In this document: positions 57,672-64,000 of the stretch, in pieces | Position numbering within the stretch: position 1 is the stretch's first letter | Layout of the letters: each line of letters starts with the position of its first letter | Assembly (NCBI GenBank): GCA_002070275.1 | Contig: MWCY01000007.1 | Coordinates: 3,704 to 67,703 of the forward strand | Origin: Candidatus Hydrogenedentes bacterium ADurb.Bin170 | GTDB taxonomy: Bacteria; Hydrogenedentota; Hydrogenedentia; Hydrogenedentales; CAITNO01 | Length of the DNA: 64,000 bases | Direction: 5' to 3' | Position numbers and translations under genes: made by a program | The notes under the pieces: model-generated | What the model was told of the DNA's origin: nothing | Databases searched by the model: none | What the model saw: only the letters and a program-made list of their open reading frames with translations

Positions 57672-59687
57672 ATGAAAAAGATATTATTATCCAGTCTTCT
57701 TCTCTTATGCCTTTCATTGTCTTTTCTCATGCCTCAAGCGGAAAGCGAGGCGCTTCAAATCAACTTTGATCAGAAGATGCTTAATCTTTGGACTAAATCA
57801 GCGTGGTGGGATATTATTATTGCAACAGACTACCTGCCAGAGGCTTTCTCGCTTCATCCTGACGTATGTGACATCAATGGCGGCTTTGATATTTCGGTAA
57901 AGCCGATTGAACTGTACCCGAACAATATGCTGGAGAGCGACGAATTTGCGCTGTTTGCTGCTATTCTTGCAGACCCATCGTATGATGCCACCGCCCGGGG
58001 CGGCGTTTCTCACCAGATGGTCTATGATGCCTGGACACAAAATTTCAACCAGATCAGACTTGATCTGGGATGCTGTGTCGGTGGACCGGAAAATGTATTT
58101 ACCATGTTTCCGGATATTGACTATCTGATTGCCGCACTGATCACGCTCGGCGATCAGGATAGTCTCGCCTTTCCCATGATTCTATTGGACCTGGTTGTAA
58201 ATAACGATACTGTAGCGCAGCTGGTGCACGATCCGAATGTACGCATGATCGACTTGGATAATTACAAGCTGATGCGTGAGTATCTTGCCTGGTGCGGGGA
58301 TGCGGATGGAGACGGCTGCTCCAATTTTTCAGAATACAGTCATTTTAAAGCCCAGGGCGGCCGGGCAGCGTATCTTAATGCGGCGATGAATTTTGCACAA
58401 AGACCGCCAGGCTGCACGGGCAAAGATCGGCTTTGCGATGGAACAGGCGGACTGCATGCCGAATATTTTAATACCCGTTTTATGACTGACCTGGCAATGA
58501 CGCGTATTGATCAGCAGGTTACCTTTAATTGGGGACGGAGTGCTCCTAGCTCGCGAGTGAATGCCAACGACTTTACCGTCTGCTGGACGGGCTGGGTGAT
58601 CCCGGACTATACAGAAAACTACACTTTTTATACACGTACCGATGACGGTGTGCGCCTTTGGGTTGACAACGAACTGTTAGTTGACCAGTGGAAGGCGCAA
58701 AGCTCCACGACATATACGGCCGTCAAAGATCTGGCTCTGGTAGCCGGGAAAAAATACCCTATCCGCATGGATTATTATGAGCAGGGCGGAGATGCCGTAG
58801 CCTGGCTCGGATGGTCAAGTCCCCGGCAGACAAACGGAAAAGCAAAAGCCATATATGAAATCAATACAAAACCGGGCATTGGTCTTGGCGATCGCGCTTC
58901 CGCCTGGATTCAGAATCCCAATAATGGGCATATGTACAAATTAACGGAACCTCTGAGCTGGTTCGACGGGCGTACCCGGGCGGATTCTTTAGGCGTGTAC
59001 ATGGTCACGGTGAATGATGAGCGGGAAAACCAGTGGATCAGACATACTTTTGGCGTGCTCGATAAAAGCATTTACATCGGTGCCAATGATATTGATGAGG
59101 AAGGACGCTGGGTGTGGCAGGAAAACGGCACTCAGTTCTGGAGTGGAGTCGCCGACGGAAGTGCAGTAAATGGTCGCTACAGCAATTGGAACAGCAACGA
59201 GCCCAACAACTACAATGATCACGAAGACTGCGGGATGATGTACGGTTCCTCCGGAAAGTGGAACGACCTGTCCGGCACGGCGCTAAATCCTGTACTCCTG
59301 GAGAAAAATGCAGGTGTGGTCATTGTCGAAGGACCCTTCCCGGCAAATGCTACGATACGTGCCGGAAAGAAATTCCAGTTTCAAGTGGATGTTCTTCAAT
59401 CCTGGGGCACAATATCCTACCAATGGACGCATAACGGCGTGGATATTCCCGGTGCAACTTCGGACGTGCTGAATTTTGACCCTGTGGTCGAAGAAGACGC
59501 GGGACTGTATGCCTGCAGACTGACAGACGGCACGGGCGCCCATGCGGAAACAGGGACAGCGGCACTTTCCGTGACACCCGGCGGCGTCATGCCGTTGCTG
59601 CATTCAGCTTCCTTGCTGCTTTTGGTTGCGCTTCTTATGAGTATTGTTGGTGCCGGCGCACTCTACCGGAGAAATGCTGCCTTATAA
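57672..59687 (+). CDS. secreted multidomain protein: unknown N-domain + PA14 + C-type lectin CRD (EPN/WND) + Ig-like domain + C-terminal hydrophobic/Arg anchor
   Basis: Signal peptide present. PA14-like region (GLHAEYFN...DFTVCWTGWV...YEQGGDAVAWLGW). C-type lectin domain with EPN and WND calcium/sugar-site motifs (NSNEPNNYNDHEDCGMMYGSSGKWNDLSG). An Ig-like region (GLYACRL). The tail is PGGVMPLL + about 20 hydrophobic residues + YRRNAAL. The start was set at ATG 57672, which has a GGAGAG ribosome-binding site. Confidence 0.7.
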   Translation: MKKILLSSLLLLCLSLSFLMPQAESEALQINFDQKMLNLWTKSAWWDIIIATDYLPEAFSLHPDVCDINGGFDISVKPIELYPNNMLESDEFALFAAILADPSYDATARGGVSHQMVYDAWTQNFNQIRLDLGCCVGGPENVFTMFPDIDYLIAALITLGDQDSLAFPMILLDLVVNNDTVAQLVHDPNVRMIDLDNYKLMREYLAWCGDADGDGCSNFSEYSHFKAQGGRAAYLNAAMNFAQRPPGCTGKDRLCDGTGGLHAEYFNTRFMTDLAMTRIDQQVTFNWGRSAPSSRVNANDFTVCWTGWVIPDYTENYTFYTRTDDGVRLWVDNELLVDQWKAQSSTTYTAVKDLALVAGKKYPIRMDYYEQGGDAVAWLGWSSPRQTNGKAKAIYEINTKPGIGLGDRASAWIQNPNNGHMYKLTEPLSWFDGRTRADSLGVYMVTVNDERENQWIRHTFGVLDKSIYIGANDIDEEGRWVWQENGTQFWSGVADGSAVNGRYSNWNSNEPNNYNDHEDCGMMYGSSGKWNDLSGTALNPVLLEKNAGVVIVEGPFPANATIRAGKKFQFQVDVLQSWGTISYQWTHNGVDIPGATSDVLNFDPVVEEDAGLYACRLTDGTGAHAETGTAALSVTPGGVMPLLHSASLLLLVALLMSIVGAGALYRRNAAL

Positions 59688-59709
59688 AAAAAGCGGTGGC
59701 ATGAATGCT

Positions 59710-61794
59710 TTAATCAGCTGAGGCGTTGCGAAGGCGGCGCCTCAGTTCTTTTGCACTGGAGATGGGTGGCAGACAACTTCGATGCAAACAGAGGTATACG
59801 GCGCTGTGTGTGCTCTGATTTGTCTGTGGAGGGGCTGTGGCATCATCAGAAGATTCAGGATCTCTTTCGAGTTTAAGCAGAGTATTCAGCGGCGCCTCCT
59901 GTCGCAGCACTTCCAGTAACGCTTCCAAATCCGCAGCAGTGCATCCAGGGCGAAGGGTTGCTTCTGTAAATCCGTGCTGCAGTGTGTCGGCAAAGAGTGC
60001 CAGATGCAGGTGGCCCTGAACGGCATTTTGTGCGCTCGGAGCGCCTGTCTGCCACACAGTTAGTGCAGCGTTTTCAAAAGCAGGTTCATCACAGTGCCAT
60101 GCCAGTTTCATAAGTCCCAGTGCCGCTGTGCTTGCAGCAGATACTTCCGCTGCATCATGCACTGTCTTCATGCGTGCGAAAAGATGCTTATGCTGCTCGC
60201 CGGTAGTGAAAAAACCGCCATTCTTTTTATCCAGAAAAAGATGAATCATACGCTCCCCTGTTCCCTTTGCAAGAGCAAGCCACCGCCTGTTAAAAGTGCA
60301 TTGGTAGAGATCTAAAAAGGCATTGGTTACCGTGGCGTAATCTTCCAGATAAGCCGGATGCGATGCCTTGCCGTCACTCCATATCCTGAAGAGCCCTTCA
60401 TCGGACAGCAGATGCGTTTCTACAAAGTGCCCCGCTTTTTCTCCGGCATCCCGGTAAACATCATTTTTCAGATAAAAGGCTGCCTTTGCCAGAGCCGTTA
60501 TCATGAGTCCATTCCACGAGGCTATGACTTTGGTGTCAAGACCTGGACGGATCCGGCGGCTTCGTTTTTCTAAAAGTATTTTTCTGATTGTGTCCCACGG
60601 TTCTCCGATGATCCACGCCTTTGCAGAAAGAATATTCAATCCCTCATGCCCCGGTTCATGAGACTCAAAATTGCCTTTTTCGCTGACAGAAAAATGCTTT
60701 TTCAAAAATGCCAGATGCTCTGCGCTGAGCCCCTTTTGCAGCTCCTCATAAGACCACAGATAAAATTTACCTTCCAAGCCTTCACTGTCTGCATCTTCTG
60801 AACTGTAAAAAGCGCCTTCCGGACTGGTCAGATCTCGAAGTACATAGTTTAAAATGGACTCAGTAATATGCCTGTGCTTCTCTTTTGCAGTACTCTGCCA
60901 CGCTTCAAGGTAAGACAAAACAAGGTGGGCGTTGTCATAAAGCATCTTTTCGAAGTGTGGCACTTGCCATTGCGCATCAACAGAATAACGATGAAAACCG
61001 CCGCCCAGATGGTCGTGTATCCCCCCTGCCGCCATACACTCCAGCGTTTTTTCCGCCATATGAAGATAATGAGGTATCTCTCGCCTTTTCCCGTTTCGAA
61101 GCAAAAGGGCAACCGCTGCATGCGACGGAAACTTGGGGGCGTCGCCCCACCCGCCCCATTGGGAATCAAAAGTTGCCGCAAGCACAGCCAATGCCTGATC
61201 GACCAGTGTTTCAGGTTCGACCATATGGCTGGCTGGGACTACCGTAAAATGATGTTTTAAACGGTCTGTCAGTGCCGCTGCCTGAGTCTGTATGCGGCTT
61301 CTATCAGAACGCCACAGGCGGGCGATTTCCTCGAGTATCTGGCTGAATCCGGGTATGCCATATCGGCTTGTTGGCGGGAAATAAGTCCCGGCATAAAATG
61401 GCTCCAGATCAGGAGTCAGAAAAATGCTCGCAGGCCACCCGCCCCTGCCGGTCAGTGCCACGACTGCGCTCATATACAGATCGTCCAGATCCGGTCTTTC
61501 TTCCCGGTCAACTTTTATATTGACGAAGAAACGATTCATCAGAGAGGCGATTTCAGGATTATCGAAAGATTCGTGCGCCATTACATGGCACCAATGACAG
61601 GCGGCATAGCCGATAGACAAAAAAATGGGCTTATCTTCCAGCTGCGCCTTCAGAAGTGCTTCCTCGTCCCACGGCTGCCATGCAACGGGCTGAAGCGCAT
61701 GCTGCCGAAGGTACGGGCTGGATGCACCGGAGAGCCGGTTTAAATCGGACAGGACTTTGTCTGAGGTTGAATCTGAATCCGTAAGGGATACCAT
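59710..61794 (-). CDS. thioredoxin-domain protein of the YyaL/DUF255 family (thioredoxin-like N-domain + six-hairpin glycosidase-like C-domain)
   Basis: The N-terminal region [23 protein letters not shown]...[15 protein letters not shown] is typical of DUF255. About 690 aa, as for YyaL. Confidence 0.8.
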   Translation of the reverse strand: MVSLTDSDSTSDKVLSDLNRLSGASSPYLRQHALQPVAWQPWDEEALLKAQLEDKPIFLSIGYAACHWCHVMAHESFDNPEIASLMNRFFVNIKVDREERPDLDDLYMSAVVALTGRGGWPASIFLTPDLEPFYAGTYFPPTSRYGIPGFSQILEEIARLWRSDRSRIQTQAAALTDRLKHHFTVVPASHMVEPETLVDQALAVLAATFDSQWGGWGDAPKFPSHAAVALLLRNGKRREIPHYLHMAEKTLECMAAGGIHDHLGGGFHRYSVDAQWQVPHFEKMLYDNAHLVLSYLEAWQSTAKEKHRHITESILNYVLRDLTSPEGAFYSSEDADSEGLEGKFYLWSYEELQKGLSAEHLAFLKKHFSVSEKGNFESHEPGHEGLNILSAKAWIIGEPWDTIRKILLEKRSRRIRPGLDTKVIASWNGLMITALAKAAFYLKNDVYRDAGEKAGHFVETHLLSDEGLFRIWSDGKASHPAYLEDYATVTNAFLDLYQCTFNRRWLALAKGTGERMIHLFLDKKNGGFFTTGEQHKHLFARMKTVHDAAEVSAASTAALGLMKLAWHCDEPAFENAALTVWQTGAPSAQNAVQGHLHLALFADTLQHGFTEATLRPGCTAADLEALLEVLRQEAPLNTLLKLERDPESSDDATAPPQTNQSTHSAVYLCLHRSCLPPISSAKELRRRLRNASAD

Positions 61795-61850
61795 AAGCTA
61801 CGCTCCTGTTTACGCAGAACATCTGCTGCTTTAAAGCTTTAACAGAGAGA

Positions 61851-63257
61851 TCAGCGGCAGCATTCCTCTTTGAGTTCGTCAAAGCGATTCCGCATGCGCT
61901 TCAGCAGCGGTTCATATTCCTCTTTGCCTGCCAGATTAATTACCTCATCCGGATCTGCATTCAGGTCAAACAACTCTTCATACAAAGGATTCTGCTCATG
62001 ATACCGCAGATACTTGTATTCCCGGGAAACGACTCCTTCCGACTTCGGGATTCCGGGGTGATGGAAGTTGTGTTCGTAGAAAAAATCGCTACGCCACATC
62101 GATTTTTCTCCTTGCATCCGGGACACAAGGCTTTTCCCCTGCATTGTATCAGGAATAGGAATATTAGCAAGTTCAAGGATAGTGGGAGCTATGTCAATAT
62201 TCAGTACGGGAATGTAATGTCGTACGTCCTGTTCTTTTCTGCTGCTCCGGGGGTCATAAATAATAAGAGGCACCCGGATGGACGCTTCATAGCCGTACCA
62301 CTTCCCTGCCAGACCGCTGTCCCCCAGAAAAAAGCCATTATCTGAGGTAAAAATGAAAAGAGTATTTTCGCCAAAGCCCAGAGCGTCCACTTTATCGCGT
62401 ATCTCGCCGGCTACTCTGTCCAGACCGGTAATCAGACGGTAGTATTTTCGAATACTTTCCTGCTGCATTTCAGGCGTGGCGAAGCGGAGTTTCCACCGGC
62501 GGCGTGCTTCGTTGTTGTCTCTGAAAAACTCGGGGAACCTGTCCTCATAAGAGACCGTGTTTGAAGCGGGCACCGGCATGATCAAATCCGCATATAAATC
62601 ATTATATTCCTCTTCATGGATAAATTGCCGTGCATCGCCGTCCTGACAATGGGGCGCTTTAAAACTGACATTCAGGCAGAAGGGTCTGTCTTTCGGGCAA
62701 TTTTCCAGAAAAGCCAAACTATCCTCTGCTGTGATACGGTTCAGATGCCTGAATGTGCCTGCTTCATCGAAATTCTCATAGTTGCCCTGGCCGCCGAAAC
62801 CGCGCCAGAAGTCGAATGCTTTTTCCGGAAGCTCAGTGCCGACGCCGTATTTGCCCACAAAACCTGTGTAATAACCATGATTTCGCAGCAGAGCCGGGTA
62901 GCATTGGGCAAAGGCTTCCGGAGTGAAGGTTTTAGCAAAATCATCAATGCCGTGGCGGCAGACATATTGCCCGGACAGTATGGAAGCACGACTTGAGCAG
63001 CAGATAGACGTTGTAACTCTGCACTGATCAAACACCTGTCCTTCGGCCGCCAGCCGATCCAAATGAGGTGTTTGAATCACTGGATTGCCCATACAGCCCA
63101 GGGTGTCCCACCGCATATCATCGGCCAGAAGAAAGACTATATTCGGGCGAATGGTTTCTTCTGCCTTAATCCTGCTGCTGAGGGTCTGCGAAAGCACAAG
63201 CCCCGCCCCGGCGGCGAGGCACTGATTGAAACGGCGTCTGCTTATTGTACTCATCAT
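61851..63257 (-). CDS. Cys-type sulfatase with a Tat signal
   Basis: Tat motif (SRRRFNQCLAAGAGL). Sulfatase N-domain with the active-site segment TTSICCSSRASILSGQY and metal ligands (LLADDMRWD). The start was set at 63257, which has an AGGGAGAAA ribosome-binding site. Confidence 0.85.
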   Translation of the reverse strand: MMSTISRRRFNQCLAAGAGLVLSQTLSSRIKAEETIRPNIVFLLADDMRWDTLGCMGNPVIQTPHLDRLAAEGQVFDQCRVTTSICCSSRASILSGQYVCRHGIDDFAKTFTPEAFAQCYPALLRNHGYYTGFVGKYGVGTELPEKAFDFWRGFGGQGNYENFDEAGTFRHLNRITAEDSLAFLENCPKDRPFCLNVSFKAPHCQDGDARQFIHEEEYNDLYADLIMPVPASNTVSYEDRFPEFFRDNNEARRRWKLRFATPEMQQESIRKYYRLITGLDRVAGEIRDKVDALGFGENTLFIFTSDNGFFLGDSGLAGKWYGYEASIRVPLIIYDPRSSRKEQDVRHYIPVLNIDIAPTILELANIPIPDTMQGKSLVSRMQGEKSMWRSDFFYEHNFHHPGIPKSEGVVSREYKYLRYHEQNPLYEELFDLNADPDEVINLAGKEEYEPLLKRMRNRFDELKEECCR

Positions 63258-63388
63258 TTTCTCCCTGCTTGCCTGATTATCCGCTTTTACCTTATTTGCT
63301 TCAAGAGCGGTCTGTGATAGACTGGTAGACATACTGTAAACCTGTGTTGTCTGCAAGTGTATAAAAGGTTTTTCTTGTGAATTCCAAA

Positions 63389-64000
63389 ATGCTTTTCCTC
63401 TTATGGTTCTCTGCCCTTTTCACGCTTCCTTTCAGCGGTCTGTATGCTCAGGAAGAGAACACGCTTCTATATTCTGCCCGGGACTTCGGAGTGGTTCCTG
63501 ATACGGAAGAAGATATGGGCCCTGTATTCCGGGCTCTTATTAAAGAAGCCATTGATTCAGGCCGGCCCTCTGTGATTCTTCTGGAAAAAGGGTGTTACAG
63601 GATCAGCGGCGGTGACAGGCATTATTCCGCACTGGTCATCGAAAAAGCCAGAAACATGACTGTTCGGGGCGAAGGAGACGACACAGAACTGATTTTCACG
63701 GATCCGCGGCAGGGTGCTTTTTTTGTCGGGCAAAGCGAAAATGTGTTTATTGAAAGTCTTTCCATAGATTATGATCCGCTTCCTTTTACCCAGGGAACCG
63801 TTCTTGCCTTGTCACGTTCGGAAGGGTGGTTTGATTTGGCGGTTCAGGAAAACTTTCCGCTTTTGAGTGAGACCTGGTTTTCTGATGCCCCGAAACCGCA
63901 TGGGCAATGGGGTATGATTTTCGACAGAAACACAAAAACTGTCAAGGCAGGTGCGGCGGACTTTATCTTTATGGAGCTGTGGAAACAGATAAGCCGTCGT
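63389..64000 (+). CDS. secreted right-handed beta-helix (pectin-lyase-fold) protein, 5' portion only
   Basis: Open frame from the ATG at 63389 to the window end. Signal peptide present. The N-terminus (DFGVVPDTEEDMGPVFRALIKEAIDSGRPSVILLEKGCYRIS) follows the pattern of GH28 / pectate-lyase-superfamily N-termini. Confidence 0.4.
   Translation, partial: MLFLLWFSALFTLPFSGLYAQEENTLLYSARDFGVVPDTEEDMGPVFRALIKEAIDSGRPSVILLEKGCYRISGGDRHYSALVIEKARNMTVRGEGDDTELIFTDPRQGAFFVGQSENVFIESLSIDYDPLPFTQGTVLALSRSEGWFDLAVQENFPLLSETWFSDAPKPHGQWGMIFDRNTKTVKAGAADFIFMELWKQISRR

Noticed and set aside
1-64000. Mobile elements, CRISPR arrays, tRNA and rRNA genes, and phage or defence islands
   Set aside because: I saw no direct-repeat arrays, no transposase, integrase or recombinase-like ORFs, no tRNA-like T-loop (GTTCRANYC) sequences in the intergenic regions inspected, and no rRNA-like segments. 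The window looks like core chromosome.

Overview
This 64 kb window is ordinary chromosomal DNA. Judging from its gene content it probably comes from an anaerobic bacterium of the PVC superphylum (Kiritimatiellota/Lentisphaerota/Verrucomicrobiota-like). That inference rests on a prepilin-N-terminus/DUF1559 protein, Tat-exported sulfatase and Gfo/Idh/MocA oxidoreductase genes, large secreted glycan-binding or glycoside-hydrolase-like proteins, and the [FeFe]-hydrogenase maturases HydE/HydF/HydG. About 51 protein-coding genes fill roughly 90% of the window. I found no tRNA, rRNA, CRISPR array, transposase, integrase or phage genes.

Reading left to right, the main blocks are:
- sufBCD (Fe-S cluster assembly) on the minus strand, divergent from a class-I DAHP synthase gene.
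- A minus-strand metK / PfkB-kinase / archaeal-type IMP cyclohydrolase (PurO-like) / purB operon.
- A Tat-signal Gfo/Idh/MocA oxidoreductase and a 1221-aa secreted GH42-like protein.
- hydE-hydF.
- A membrane-anchored CX5R phosphatase, a hemolysin-III protein, a NUDIX-MBL fusion, and a divergent MoxR(CoxD-like)/VWA(CoxE-like) pair.
- A surface-glycan block (GT2, gmhA, UDP-ManNAc-dehydrogenase-like) and a secreted S1 protease.
- A long minus-strand run: aldo/keto reductase, MoxR ATPase, Ser/Thr kinase, TPR-LysM L,D-transpeptidase, a small radical-SAM protein, hydG, and a TM1266-like hydrogenase-system regulator.
- DUF2851, an orphan oppA/oppB pair, a methyltransferase-like/3'-5' exonuclease fusion, a second aldo/keto reductase, rpmB, an RlmD-like rRNA methyltransferase, a LOG protein, a polytopic-membrane/spermidine-synthase/TPR fusion, a PLD (2x HKD) protein, rimO, an MFS transporter, a secreted GxGYxYP-like protein, lspA, and a HEAT-repeat lipoprotein.
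- A family-4 uracil-DNA glycosylase translationally coupled to a histidine kinase and a sigma-54-type (NtrC-like) regulator.
- A DUF1559 pseudopilin-like protein, a secreted PA14 + C-type-lectin (EPN/WND) + Ig-like protein, a YyaL/DUF255 thioredoxin-domain protein, a Tat-signal Cys-type sulfatase, and a partial beta-helix protein.

The observations I rate most worth following up are:
- The hydG locus carrying an extra PflA-sized radical-SAM gene.
- The genuine C-type lectin CRD with a PEP-CTERM-like tail.
- The NUDIX-MBL fusion next to the CoxD/CoxE-like pair.
- The kinase / L,D-transpeptidase couple.
- A bacterial PurO.

Every functional call is made from motifs I recognised by eye and from memory of protein families. 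No database search was run.
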